From: Eledone cirrhosa
Lineage: Eukaryota
Length of the DNA stretch: 64,000 nt
Assembly: GCA_964016885.1 (NCBI GenBank)
Contig: OZ024746.1
Span: forward strand, 79,794,001 to 79,858,000
Reading direction: 5' to 3'
Under the pieces are notes generated by a model, which had not been told where the DNA came from, did no database searches, and saw only the letters and a list, made by a program, of their open reading frames with translations. Both the position numbers and the translations under genes were made by a program. Numbering within the stretch: position 1 is the first letter of the stretch; each line of letters opens with the position of its first letter. Below, one piece after another: positions 28,431-44,854 of this stretch.

Positions 28431-29902
28431 GGGGGGGGATAAAGAGAGATAGGCAGACAGGTAGACAGACAGATGGACGGACAGATAGATAGACAGATAG
28501 CTAGAGAAATACACACATACATTCATACATGCATACGTACTTACATTTATATGTATGTGTTTATAAGTATGTATGTATATATGCATGCATGCATGTATGT
28601 ATGCAAGCATGTGTGTATGCAAGTATATGAATACGCAGACATATAATCAATCTCTCACAAATAGATGTCTTCAAAAGGCTGTTGGTTATTATTGAGTTTA
28701 GTTTGATTTTATCAGATTCATCTGATTCATTCATCAAAATGGCGAATCTCCCTGGAATACTGGACACAGATATAGTCCTCATCCCCCATTGGGGTATTAG
28801 ATAATACTTTTACTAGCTCAAACCGGAATGTTCTCGATGAAACCTGATTAAACTGGTTGTTATTCATAAGTAAGTATTCTTCAATATAGTTACCTCCGTC
28901 TGTGGGTTTAAGCAGATGTTATCAGTGTCAATAGTTTAATGAAAAAAAAAAAAAAAACGGCAAATCGGCAGAATTGTTAGAATATCAAATAGAATGCTTT
29001 GCTCTATTTGTTTTGGCTCTCTTTGCCCTGAGTTCAAATCTTGCTGAAGTTACTTCGTATTTCATCCCTTTGAGGTCAAAAAATAAAATACCAATCCAGT
29101 CCTCGGGTCGATTCCTTCTCTACATCTCTTCCTCACATTTTCTACGTCACCCTATCTCTCTTTCTGTGGAAAAAAATCGTCTGCGTTCAGTTTTAAATAC
29201 CCAAGACACGCCGTATAATGGAACGGTGTCCGTACATTCCATTAGGAGTTAACAGCCCATTGCATGCCATAGTGTGGCATGTCAACCTCATAGGAGCTGA
29301 AATATGCAGCTAAATTGGTCTCTAGTTATAAATGAAATGATTCATAAGTTTTAAGAAGAGCGACCTTGGTGCAATTCATGAATAAAGTCGAAGAAACGAC
29401 TATGTAGATAAGTAGCTGTACTATTTTCTCGTTGAACATGCGTTCGATTCTCGGACAGGGTGATGCATTATATCCTTGAGCAAAACATTTTATTTAACGT
29501 TGCTCATTCAGCCAGGAAATATTGTTTCCTTGGTCCGATTTCACAATGTCCACCCTACTCAGTGTTTGATCTTGACGAGAACATCTGTTAAAATCCTTTT
29601 TTGGTGTGTCCTTTTGTTTCAACTCACTAAATTATCTGGAATAGGTAGACATTTTGAATGTTTACCTGGCATTCTATCCAGTAGGAGATTATTCTTTAAT
29701 TAACTTCATACTCATGATACCAAGCCTAATAAGCGGCTAACAGAAACTCAGTGCGGTTTAGTTGACATACACCTGTCTTTATAGTAAATGGAAGGAGGAT
29801 AATAGTGAATGATGAGTGGGGAGTTGGGGGTGATAGTTAGATGAAGAGATAACCTAGGATAAAATAAATATAGAGAGAAAGGAGGAAATAATACTACTAA
29901 TA

Positions 29903-30451
<549 letters not shown>

Positions 30452-31204
30452 AAGAAGAAGAAGAAGGGGAGGAGGGGGAGGAGATGAAGCTGCTTGAAAA
30501 CAAGACCTAAAGTATTTGGACTTATCTTGACCGTGTGTCCCGAGTGATAGTAATTTGATGATACCACCACCAAGAACAACAACATCAACAACGATCAGTA
30601 CTAAGATATTAGCTTATTAAAATCACTCTAGAACACAGAAAATGACTAGCATAAATTTATCCATAAACTGCGTGTCAACGTATTTATTTATCGTTTTCTG
30701 TTACACTAATTAGAAAAGATATATAATCCTGATAAATTGCAGTTTAGAAATATCGAACATTACCAATTCATCGATATTAAGTCCGTATAAATTATACATA
30801 TGAATTATAAATTTTTAGTGATAAAGAGTTAATAAAGTGATCTCTCTGTGGCTCACTGACTTGTTAGAAATAGCAGCCAAACATCGTTCAGGTCAGACCA
30901 TAACGTCTTAAAATGAAAGTACATATTAGGAATGTTCTCTGAACTATTCTTACAATATAAATATCGCATGGTCACGACAGTAGTTTTGAGCCCAGGCCTG
31001 CTCAATCAGTGTTGAATTGAAGCTAAATAACACAGCAACAACACGTGATGCTTTATAATAAATTGTTTAATTCCTAGTGATATATTGTCATGTTTTACAA
31101 ACTTTCTACAGTTGTTCTTGCAAAGGCACGTGGCTAACGGGCTAGGTTGTTCGGCTGACAATAGCTAGTTTGCGTCCTGACATTACGATTTTTTCAGCAA
31201 GTTA

Positions 31205-34200
31205 TAACCACCAACCACCAGTCAACAACCACCAACTACCAACCACTTACCACCAACTACCAACCACCAACGACTAACTACCAACCACCAACCATCAACC
31301 ACCAACCACCAGTCAACAACCACCAACTACCAACCAACAACCACAAGCCACCAACTACCAACCACTTACCACTAACCACCAACTACCAACCACCAACCAC
31401 TAACTACCAAGCACCAACCACCAACCACTAACCAACAGCCACTAACCACCAACTACAAACCACATACCACTAACTACCAACAACTAACCACCAACCACTA
31501 ACCAACAACCACCAACCACCAACCACCAGCCACCAACCACTAACCACCAACCACCAACCACCAGCCACCAACCATCAACCAACAACCACCAACCACTAAC
31601 CACCAACCACCAACCACCAACCACTAACCAACAACCACCAGCCACCAACCAACAACCACCAACCACTAACCACCAACCACTAACCAACAACCCCAACCAC
31701 CAACCACCAGCCACCAACCACTAACCACCATCCATCATCCACCAACCACCAACCACTAACCAACAACCACCAGCCACCAACCAACAACCACCAACCACTA
31801 ACCACCAACCACTAACCAACAACCACCAACCACCAACCACCAGCCACCAACCACTAACCACCAACCACCAACCACCAACCACCAGCCACCAACCATCAAC
31901 CAACAACCACCAACCACTAACCACCAACCACCAACCACCAACCACTAACCAACAACCACCAGCCACCAACCAACAACCACCAACCACTAACCAACAACCA
32001 CTAACCAACAACCACCAACCACCAACCACCAGCCACCAACCACTAACCACCAACCACCAACCAACAACCACCAACCACCAACCACTAACCAACAACCACC
32101 AGCCACCAACCAACAACCACCAACCACCAACCACTAACCAACAACCACCAACCACCAACCACCAACCACCAACCACTAACCACCAACCATCAACCACCAA
32201 CCACCAACCACCAACCACCAGCCACCAACCACCAACCACTAACCAACAACCACCAGCCACCAACCAACAACCACCAACCACCAACCACTAACCAACAACC
32301 ACCAGCCACCAACCAACAACCACCAACCACCAACCACTAACCAACAACCACCAACCACCAACCACCAGCCACCAACCACTAACCACCAACCATCAACCAC
32401 CAACCACCAACCACCAACCACCAACCAACAACCACCAACCAACAACCACTAACCAACAACCATCAACCACCAACCACCAACCACCAACCACCAACAACCA
32501 ACCACCAACCAACAACCACCAACCACCAACCACTAACCACCAACCAACAACCACCAACCACCAACCACCAACCACCAGCCACCAACCACCAACCACCAGC
32601 CACCAGCCACCGACCACCAACCACCAACCACCAACCACCAACCACCAACCACCAACCACTAACCAACAACCATCAACCACCAACCACCAACCACCAACCA
32701 CCAACCACCAACCACCAACCACCAACCATCAACCACCAAACACCAACCACCAACCAACAACCACCAACCACCAACCACTAACCAATAACCACCAACCACC
32801 AACCATCAACACCAACCACCAACCACCAACCATCAACCACCAACCACCAACCACCAACCAACAACCACCAACCACCAGCCACCAACCACCAACCAACAAC
32901 CACCAACCACCAACCACTAACCAACAACCACCAACCACCAACCACCAGCCACCAACCACCAACCAACAACCACCAACCACCAACCACTAACCAACAACCA
33001 CCAACCACCAACCATCACACCAACCACTAACCAACAACCACCAACCACCAACCATCAACCACCAACCACCAACCATCAACCACCAACCACCAACCACCAA
33101 CCACCAACCAACAACCAACAACCACCAACCACCAACCACTAACCAACAACCACCAACCACCAACCATCAACCACCAACCACCAACCAACAACCACCAACC
33201 ACCAACCACCAGCCACCAACCACCAACCAACAACGACCAACCACCAACCACTAACCAACAACCACCAACCACCAACCACCAACCACCAACCACCAACCAC
33301 CAACAACCAACCACAAACCACCAACCACCAACCACCAACCAACAACCACCAACCACCAACCAACAACCACCAACCACCAACCACCAACCATCAACCACCA
33401 ACCACCAACCATCAACCACCAACCACCAACCATCAACCACCAACCACCAACCACCAACCACCAACCACCAACCACAAACCAACAACCACCAACCACCAAC
33501 CACTAACCAACAACCACCAACCACCAACCATCAACCACCAACCACCAACCATCAACCACCAACCACCAACCAACAACCACCAACCACCAACCACTAACCA
33601 ACAACCACCAACCACCAACCACCAGCCACCAACCACCAACCAACAACCACCAACCACCAACCACTAACCAACAACCACCAACCACCAACCACCAACCACC
33701 AACCACCAACCATCAACCACCAACCACCAACCACCAGCCACCAACCACCAACCACCAACCAACAACCACCAACCACCAACCACTAACCAACAACCACCAA
33801 CCACCAACCACCAGCCACCAACCACCAACAACCAGCCACCAGCCACCAACCACCAACCATCAACCACCAGCCACCAACCACCAACCACCAACCACCACCC
33901 ACCAACCACCAACCACCAACCATCAACCACCAACCACCAACCACCAACCATCAACCACCAACCACCAACCACCAACCACAAACCACCAACCACCAACCAC
34001 CAGCCACCAACCACCACCACCAACCACCAGCCACCAACCACCAAACAACAACCACCAACCACCAACCACCAACCATCAACCACCAACCACCAACCAACAA
34101 CCACCAACCACCAACCACCAACCACCAGCCACAAACCACCAACCACCAACCACCAGCCACCAACCACCAACCAACAACCACCAACCACCAACCACCAACC

Positions 34201-37200
34201 ATCAACCACCAACCACCAACCAACAACCACCAACCACCAACCACTAACCACCAACCACCAACCACCAACCACCAACCGCCAACCACCAACCACCAACCAC
34301 CAACCACCAACCACCAACCACCAACCACCAACCACCAACCACCAACCACCAACCACCAACCACCAGCCACCAACCATAAACCACCAACCACCAGCCACCA
34401 ACCACCAACCACCAACCACCAACCACCAACCACCAACCAACAACCACCAACCACCAACCACTAACCACCAACCACCAACCACCACCACCAACCACCAACC
34501 AACAACCACAACCACCAACCACTAACCACCAACACCAACCACCAGCCACCAGCCACCAACCACCAACCACCAACCACCAACCACCAACCACCAACCACCA
34601 ACCAACAACCACCAACCACCAACCAATAACCAACAACCACCAACCACCAACCACCAACCACCAACCACCAACCACCAACCACCAACCACCAGCCACCAGC
34701 CACCAACCACTAACCAACAACCACCAACCACCAACCATCAACCACCAACCACCAACCACCAACCATCAACCACCAAACACCAACCACCAACCAACAACCA
34801 CCAACCACCAACCACTAACCAACAACCACCAACCACCAACCATCAACACCAACCACCAACCACCAACCATCAACCACCAACCACCAACCACCAACCAACA
34901 ACCACCAACCACCAGCCACCAACCACCAACCAACAACCACCAACCACCAACACTAACCAACAACCACCAACCACCAACCACCAGCCACCAACCACCAACC
35001 AACAACCACCAACCACCAACCACCAACCATCAACCACCAACCACCAACCATCAACCACCAACCACCAACCAACAACCACCAACCACTAACCACCATCCAC
35101 TAACCAACAACCACCAACCACCAACCATCAACCACCAACCACCAACCAACAACCACCAACCACCAACCACTAACCAACAACCACCAACCGCCAACCACCA
35201 ACCACCAACCACCAACCACCAACCACCAACCACCAACCACCAACCACCAACCAACAACAACCAACCACCAACCACTAAACAACAACCACCAACCACCAAC
35301 CATCAACCACCAACCACCAACCATCAACCACCAACCACCAACCATCAACCACCAACCACCAACCACCAACCACCAACCACCAACCACCAACCAACAACCA
35401 CCAACCACCAACCACTAACCAACAACCACCAACCACCAACCATCAACCACCAACCACCAACCATCAACCACCAACCAACAACCACCAACCATCAACCACC
35501 AACCACCAACCACCAACCAACAACCACCAACCACCAACCACTAACCAACAACCACCAACCACCAACCACCAGCCACCAACCACCAACCAACAACCACCAA
35601 CCACCAACCACTAACCAACAACCACCAACCACCAACCATCAACCACCAACCACCAACCATCAACCACCAACCACCAACCACCAACCACCAATCACCAACC
35701 ACCAACCAACAACCACCAACCACCAACCACTAACCAACAACCACCAACCACCAACCACCAGCCAGCAACCACCAACCACCAACCACCAGCCACCAACCAC
35801 CAACCATCAACCACCAGCCACCAACCACCAACCACCAACCACCAGCCACCAACCACCAACCATCAACCACCAACCACCAACCACCAACCATCAACCACCA
35901 ACCACCAACCACCAACCATCAACCACCAACCACCAACCACCAACCAACAACCACCAACCACCAACCACCAACCACCAACCACCAACCACCAACCACCAAC
36001 CACCAACCACCAGCCACCAACCACCAACCAACAACCACCAACCACCAACCACCAACCATCAACCACCAACCACCAACCAACAACCACCAACCACCAACCA
36101 CTAACCACCAACCACCAACCACCAACCACCAACCGCCAACCACCAACCACCAACCACCAACCACCAACCACCAACCACCAACCACCAACCACCAACCACC
36201 AACCACCAACCACCAGCCACCAACCATAAACCACCAACCACCAGCCACCAACCACCAACCACCAACCACCAACCACCAACCACCAACCAACAACCACCAA
36301 CCACCAACCACTAACTACCAACCACCAACCACCAACCACCAACCACCAGCCACCAACCACCAACCACCAACCACCAGCCACCAACCACCAACCACCAACC
36401 ACCAACCAACAACCACCAACCACCAACCACTAACCAACAACCACCAACCACCAACCACCAGCCACCAGCCACCAACCACCAACCACCAACCACCAACCAC
36501 CAACCACCAACCAACAACCACCAACCACCAACCACTAACCAACAACCACCAACCACCAACCACCAGCCACCAGCCACCAACCACCAACCACCAACCACCA
36601 ACCACCAACCACCAACCACCAACCAACAACCACCAACCACCAACCACTAACCACCAACCACCAACCACCAGCCACCAGCCACCAACCACCAACCACCAAC
36701 CACCAACCACCAACCAACAACCACCAACCACCAACCACTAACCAACAACCACCAACCACCAACCACCAACCACCAACCACCAACCACCAACCACCAACCA
36801 GCAGCCACCAGCCCCTAACCACTAACCAACAACCACCAACCACCAACCATCAACCACCAACCACCAACCACCAACCATCAACCACCAACCACCAACCACC
36901 AACCAACAACCACAAACCACCAACCACTAACCAACAACCACCAACCACCAACCATCAACCACCAACCACCAACCACCAACCATCAACCACCAACCACCAA
37001 CCACCAACCAACAACCACCAGCCACCAACCACCAACCAACAACCACCAACCACCAACCACTAACCAACAACCACCAACCACCAACCACCAGCCACCAACC
37101 ACCAACCAACAACCACCAACCAACAACCACCAACCACCAACCACTAACCAACAACCACCAACCACCAACCACCAACCACCAACCAACAACCACCAACCAC

Positions 37201-39255
37201 CAACCACTAACCAACAACCACCAACCACCAACCACCAACCACCAACCAACAACCACCAACCACCAACCACTAACCAACAACCACCAACCACCAACCACTA
37301 ACCAACAACCACCAACCACCAACCACCAACCACCAACCACCAACCACCAACCACTAACCAACAACCACCAACCACCAACCACCAACCACCAACCACCAAC
37401 CACCATCCACCAACCACCAACCACCAACCAACAACCACCAACCACCAACCACTAACCAACAACCACCAACCACCAACCAACAACCACCAACCACCAACCA
37501 CTAACCAACAACCACCAACCACCAACCACCAACCACCAACCACCAACCACCAACCAACAACCACCAACCACCAACCACTCACCAACAACCACCAACCACC
37601 AACCACCAACCACCAACCACCAGCCACCAACCACCAACCATCAACCACCAACCACCAACCACTAACCAACAACCACCAACCACCAACCACTAACCAACAA
37701 CCACCAACCACCAACCACCAACCACCAACCACCAACCAACATCCACCAACCACCAACCACCAGCCACCAACCACCAACCACCAACCACCAACCACCAACC
37801 AACAACCCCCAACCACCAACCACTAACCAACAACCACCAACCACCAACCACTAACCACCAACCACCAACCACCAACCACCAACCAGCAACCACCAACCAC
37901 CAACCACTAACCAACAGCCACCAGCCACCAACCACCAACCACCAACCACCAACCACCAACCACCAACCAACAACCACCAACCACCAACCACTAACCAACA
38001 ACCACCAACCACTAACCAACAACCACCAACCACCAACCATCAATCACCAACCACCAGCCACCAACCACCAACCACCAACCAACAACCACCAACCACCAAC
38101 CACTAACCAACAACCACCAACCACCAACCACCAACCACCAACCACTAACCAACAACCACCAACCACTAACCACCAACCAACAACCACCAGCCACCAACCA
38201 CTAACCACCAACACCAGCCACCAACCACTAACCACCAACCACCAACCACCAACCAGCAACCACTATCTCCCAACTACTAAACACTAACCACCAACCACCA
38301 ACCACCAACCACCAACCACCAACCACCAGCCACCAGCCACCAACCACCAACCACCAGCCACCAACCACCAACCACCAGCCACCAGCCACCAACCACCAAC
38401 CACTAACCACCAACCACCAGCCACCAACCACCAACCAGCAACCACTAACTCCCAACCACTAAACACTAACCACCAACCACCAACCACTAACCACCAACCA
38501 ACAACCACTAACCACCAGTTCCCAGCCACCAGCCACCAACTACCAACCACTAACCACCAGCCTCCAGCCACCAACCACTAACCACTAAACACTAACCACC
38601 AACCACTAACCACCAACCACCAACCACAAACCATAAACCACTAACCACCAACCCCCAGCTCCCAAACACCAACCACCAACCACTAACCACCAACCACCAA
38701 CCACCAGCCACCAACCACCAACCACCAGTTCCCAGCTACCAGCCACCAACCACTAACCACTAACCACCAGCCCCCAGCCACCAACCACTAACCACTAAGC
38801 AGTAACGAACAACCACCAACCATTAACCACTAACCACCAAGCACTAACCACTAACCACCAACCACCAACCACCAACCATCAACCACCAACCATCAACCAC
38901 CAACCATTAACCATCAACCATTAACCACCAAGCACTAACCACTAACCACCAACCACCAACCACCAACCATCAACCACCAACCATCAACCATTAACCATCA
39001 ACCATTAACCATTAACCAGCAAGCACTAACCACTAACCACTAACCACCAACCACCAACCACCAACCATCAACCACCAACCATTAACCATCAACCATTAAC
39101 CACCAAGCACTAACCACTAACCACCAACCACCAACCACCAACCATCAACCACCAACCATCAACCATTAACCATCAACCATTAACCACTAACCACCAAGCA
39201 CTAACCACTAACCACCAACCAGTAACCACCAGCCACTAACCACCCACCATTAACC
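31205..39255. repeat. ~8 kb heptamer satellite (ACCACCA)n with ACCACTA/ACCAACA/ACCATCA/GCCACCA variants
   Basis: Direct reading; source of the VVGGWWL ORFs. Confidence 0.98.
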
Positions 39256-39419
39256 ATCCTTCCATTATTGTGATTTATGCGTACATTTCTCTTGACATCT
39301 AGACCCACTCACCAACCACTACCTACAGCCTGCTTTAGCATTAAATACAGATTGGTTCATTGTTCCTATTGCTGTTGCATTTACGTGATCAGATTCTTTT
39401 TTCATTCTTTTTGCTTATT

Positions 39420-39790
39420 TTATCTGACTTTAGGTTATTCCATTTTATTTTATTATATTTTATTAGATTTATTTTATTATATTTTATTATATTTTATTAT
39501 ATTTTATTTTTTAATATTTTATTAGATTTTATTAGATTTTATTATATTATATTTTATTATATTTTATTAGATTTTATTTTTTTATATTTTATTATTTTTT
39601 TTATTATATTTTATTTTATTATATTATATTTTATTATATTTTATTACATTTTATTTTTTATATTTTATTATATTTTTTTATTATATTTTATTTTATATTA
39701 TATTATATTTTATTTTATTTTATTTTATTTTATTTTATTTTATTTTATTTTATTTTATTTTATTTTATTTTATATTATTTTATTTTATTG
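39420..39790. repeat. (ATTTT)n/(ATATT)n pentanucleotide array
   Basis: Direct reading. Confidence 0.92.
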
Positions 39791-39988
39791 CTTACCTCAA
39801 AATTAATTATGGTAATTTAGAATGCACCAAATTCTCTCTGAAGAATTCCATAATGCCAATAATATATTTCTGGTATCCCAGTTGCTATGGATATTCTTAA
39901 ATGTCGTAGACATAATAATAGTTTAAATGAAAGCAATTTGCATACATAGTTGCTAGGAAGTAGACAGAGATGTGGGCGAATCATCATC

Positions 39989-40041
<53 letters not shown>

Positions 40042-40072
40042 GTATATATGTATATGTATATATGTGTGTGTG

Positions 40073-40157
<85 letters not shown>

Positions 40158-40167
40158 TGTGTGTGTA

Positions 40168-40200
<33 letters not shown>

Positions 40201-40224
40201 GTATATATATATACATATATATAC

Positions 40225-40385
<161 letters not shown>

Positions 40386-40460
40386 CATAGATATATATAT
40401 ACATATATATATACTTACATATATATATATATACTTATACATATATATATATATGTATAT

Positions 40461-40544
<84 letters not shown>

Positions 40545-40546
<2 letters not shown>

Positions 40547-40764
40547 TCTGAATTTGTTTACCAAGATTCTTTATCTGAAAACGTGTGTTGAAACCGATCT
40601 TGTTATACTTTGGGAGGGTTATGTTGTCAATAAGAAACACACGCACCAGTTGCTTTCACTCCAATTTATTATAAAAACATTATTTTAGATTTAATTTATA
40701 ATAAATCGGAGTGAAAGCAACTGGTGCGTGTGTTTCTTATTGGCAACATGACCCTCCCAAAGTA

Positions 40765-40768
<4 letters not shown>
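40545..40768. mobile_element. Family F fold-back fragment in (TA)n
   Basis: Inverted arms ~40601-40673 / 40695-40768; homologous to 19128-19250. Confidence 0.75.
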
Positions 40769-40855
<87 letters not shown>

Positions 40856-40857
<2 letters not shown>

Positions 40858-41068
40858 CGAAGGAAAAGTGGTAAAGAACCAGATGGACCATAACGCACCA
40901 AAGTACTCAATACTTAGTGTAGTAGAGTGGGTAATAGGAACGAATAGGACCCCGACGGCTGAGCTCAAGCAATTTCGACGGCTAATTCTGGACTAAATGA
41001 ACATTTTCATTTAGTCCAGAATTAGCCGTCGAAACGGGTTGAGCTCAGCCGTCGGGGTTCTATTCGTT

Positions 41069-41070
<2 letters not shown>
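40856..41070 (-). mobile_element. Family C fold-back element in (TA)n
   Basis: TATA|ACGAAGGAAA end; folds back at ~41002. Confidence 0.85.
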
Positions 41071-41128
<58 letters not shown>

Positions 41129-41379
41129 TATGCGTACCCGAGTGCAGTGTCTGTATGTAAATAACTATTTATGTTTAAATGTACATACCTATGTGTATAT
41201 GTCTATATGCATGTAACGTATGCAGTATTAGCGTTCGTATTTAATCAATGCCCATAATATCCGGTTATTAAGTACACAATTAGAAAGGCTATTGATTGTC
41301 ATTGTAATTACTATAGCTGATTGACGTGAGAGTGTTCACTCAAGCATGGATGCCTGCGTAGAATTGACTGGGTTATGGG

Positions 41380-42100
41380 CTGTGATCACATGAAATTACT
41401 TTGCAAGATGTGAAGATATGTCAACAATATTTGATCGAATGATGGAAAGACAGAATTATAAACAGACTTATAAATAAATGTGTAGACAAATCTATGTTGT
41501 CATCGTATGGCAACATAAGCCTACAAGATGTGATCACCTGAAATTGCTGTACAAAATATGAATTCAGGTCTACATGATATAATCACATGAAATTACTCTA
41601 CAAGATGTGGAGACAAGCCTACAAGATCTGATCCCATGGAATTACTGTACAAGATGTGATCACCTGAAATTACTCTACAAGATGTGATCACCTGGAAATA
41701 CTGTACATGATGTGGAGACAAGCCTACAATATCTGATCACATGGAATTCCTCACAAGATGTGATCACATGAAATTACTGTACAAGATGTGATCACATGAA
41801 ATTACTCTACAAGATGTGATCACAGGAAATTACTGTACAAGATGTGATGACAGGAAATAACTGTACAAGATGTGATCACAGGAAATTACTGTACAAGATG
41901 CGATCAGAGGAAATTACTGTATAAGATGTGATCACATGAAATTACTGTACAAGATGTGATCACAGGAAATTACTGTACAAGATGTGATCTCAGGAAATTA
42001 CTGTACAAGATGTGAATACAAGTCTACAAGATCTGATCAACTAAAATTACCAAATCACTGTACAGGATGGGAACATAAGTCTACAAAGTGTATTTACATG
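41380..42100. repeat. 28-bp minisatellite (AAGATGTGATCACATGAAATTACTGTAC); decayed units continue to ~43800
   Basis: TGATCAC at 41761, 41789 and 41817 (period 28). Confidence 0.92.
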
Positions 42101-42309
42101 AGCAGATAGATCTATATGTTGTCATCGTATGGTAACCTAAATCTATGACATGACTCACCAAGATGTGAAGAGATGCCTCCACAATGTGAGGACATGTCTA
42201 CAAGACGTGATCCCATGTAATAATTACAAGTTAGGAAAACTGGTTTACAAGCTATCATCATATGGGAAAACAAATCTAAAAGTTGTGATCGTTAGATATG
42301 ACTCTAGAA

Positions 42310-42600
42310 CAGACATGGGCAACCTTTTTCGAGAATCGGACCGCGCGATATGTTGCTCATCATCAGGCGGGTCACAAGCGCTAATTTACATTCGTGCCCA
42401 CTTTTTTAAAAAGGGTGGTAACTCAGGTTGTTTTGATTTGTTTCTTCAAAATTCGTACACGTTGTTTTCTTCGGTCGTAAAAATAATAGAAAGATAAATT
42501 TCGACTGAAAAGTTTGGGTAAAAAAATAAGAAAGATTTCACTTAGGTGACTTAGGCGAGCCATTCGGAAAGTTTTGCGGGCCGCAGGTTGCCCATGACTG
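42310..42600. mobile_element. Non-autonomous hAT element (MITE), 291 bp
   Basis: TIRs CAGACATGGGCAACCT / AGGTTGCCCATGACTG (15/16 match). Perfect 8-bp TSD CTCTAGAA at 42302-42309 and 42601-42608. Confidence 0.93.
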
Positions 42601-43061
42601 CTCTAGAAGGTACTGAGACGGGATTACAAAATTATATCTATAAGGCGAAAATATATCTATAAGGCGTCGTTATATAGGAAACCGGGCCTAAAAGTTATCA
42701 TTTATATGATGTGACTTTACAAATAACTAATTTGCTAATTGTTACATAAAGTGATTTGTCATTCGTTTTGATCAATGCTATAAAGCTGTAACGACTTTGG
42801 AAAGCATATTTGCAAACGTGGATCTACAAAACCTCACCATATGATTGATGTACAAGAGGTCATATGAAATGACTATGTGATGACTGATATACAGATGTGG
42901 TCGCATGGAATGACTGATGAGCAAGTTGCAACCACATTGTAGGACTGATGACTAAGATGTTATCACATCGCATGACTCATCACTAAGATGTTATCACATG
43001 TTATGACTGGTGTACACGTTGTGATCATATTAGATGACTAAGGTGATGACTTATATATATA

Positions 43062-43437
43062 CGAGGGTCGGCTGAAAACTTCATAGGGTGACCAAGCTAT
43101 TTTCATGGAATGACCAAATGAGATTTATTTTTCAACGTATTCCCCGGAAAGAAACTATGCAGTTATTAATAATTGTTTCTACTTTTGGCACAAGGCCAGC
43201 AATTACCCAGTACATTACTGGTACATTATTTTATCGACCCCGTAAGGATGAAAGGCAAAGTTAACCTCGGCGCGATTTGGACTCAGAATGGCAAGGGGCG
43301 TAACTCTATGCGTCAAAGCATGACGTCCGACCCTCTACCGATACTGCCAATAAGAGATGGAATTAATGCATGTAAGATTTCACAGCTCCAGCATCATTCC
43401 TTCATATTCAGCTTATGAACTTTTCAGCCCACCATCG
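43062..43437. mobile_element. Mariner-type MITE interrupted by a SINE
   Basis: TA-flanked imperfect TIRs CGAGGGTCGGCTGAAAACTTCATA / TATGAACTTTTCAGCCCACCATCG. Confidence 0.8.
43169..43351 (-). mobile_element. Meta-like SINE nested in the MITE
   Basis: Family match. Confidence 0.9.
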
Positions 43438-44124
43438 TAGCGGTCATCCCGTTGAATGACTGATCTAGAAGTTGTAATAATAAAGAATGAATGATGTATA
43501 TGCTCCAATCTCATTATATAACTGATACATAGCAGCTATTGCGTGGCATGACTTATCTACAAGTTTCAATCCTATAAAATGACTGATGTACGCGTCGTGC
43601 TCAAATGAGATCACTAGGCATGACTTATATATAGAGGTGATCCCATAAAATGGCTGATGTACAAGTTATGTTCAAAATGGGTGAACAGGACATGACTATT
43701 TACAAATCCTGATCACATTCAATCTTTGATCACATGGGATCACTAATCTTGAGGCTTAGATGATATAAGATGGCAGCTCTACAAACTGTGATCTCAAAGG
43801 TTGTTGTTGATATTATGGATGTTGTTGTTGGGTTTGTTGTAGTAATTCTTGTTCTCGTTATGGCTGTTGTTACCGCTAACATTTCCGTAATGTTAGCCGG
43901 TCCCTACCAGCTTGTGTCTCATGGGATGTTTTCCTAGGATGAATAGTTACATTCATATCGTGCTACTATTTTACCGGTGACAAGAAAAATTATCACATGT
44001 TACGATTAGGACGTCTATCAGTTAAAGACTCAAGTGATTTGTATATGATGCAACCTCCCTCATAGACGTGGACCAAGCCTATGTGGTGTGATCTGTAACA
44101 GCAAACAAATATAGCAAAGTAATA

Positions 44125-44293
44125 TGGCAGTCAGATATCATGCTTTGCAGCATAGAGTTATGGCTCTTTACGTTCTGATTTCAAATCCCGCCGAGGTTAA
44201 CTTTGCCATTCGTCCATACGAGGTCGATAAAATAAAGTACCAGTAATGCACTGTGTTAATTGCTGGTCTTGTGCCAAAAGTAGAAACAATTAT
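44125..44293 (+). mobile_element. Meta-like SINE
   Basis: Family match with a partial head deletion. Confidence 0.85.
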
Positions 44294-44815
44294 ATTAGTA
44301 TACATGAGGTACTAACTTTGAAATACCAAGAAATTTACATAAGTAGTTTGAAATATTGTTTTGTTTGTTTTGTTTTCTTACTTTATTCTACTTTCGTTTC
44401 CACTCTTTCAGCTTTCCCCAAACATTTATAACCAAATACCTCACAATGTTTCATATACACTATACTGCTTTGTTATTTTAAAGGTGGAATGGCCGAGGCA
44501 ATAAAGTATAAGGCCACCATTTGACAGATAGTGAGTTCGTATAGAGTACAGTACAGTACAGTGCAATGCAGATGCTTTGTTAAATCTGTAGATTAAACAG
44601 TCGTTTCTTCCTGCCTTAAGCTCTCTTGGCTGAGGAAATTTCTTACAAGATATTCTGGGAAGGGCGGTGAGCTATACAGAGAAAAGTTAAATTTATTTCT
44701 CATCTACTTAAACGCTACAACATACTCCAAAGCACAGCAACTTTTGTCACTGGTAGAAGAAGAAAAATATCCACCATAAGCATATTATTGATTTGCTTTT
44801 CCGTTCTTTTCAACC

Positions 44816-44854
<39 letters not shown>

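Noticed and set aside
31205-39255. Interstitial telomere
   Set aside because: The unit is CCAACCA, not CCCTAA.
40560-40602. HHR-like CTGAAAAC...GAAACCGATC
   Set aside because: The core is incomplete, there is no stem I, and it is antisense to family F's HHR at 19026.
41380-42100. 28-bp repeats as a CRISPR array
   Set aside because: The units are directly head-to-tail with no unique spacers.
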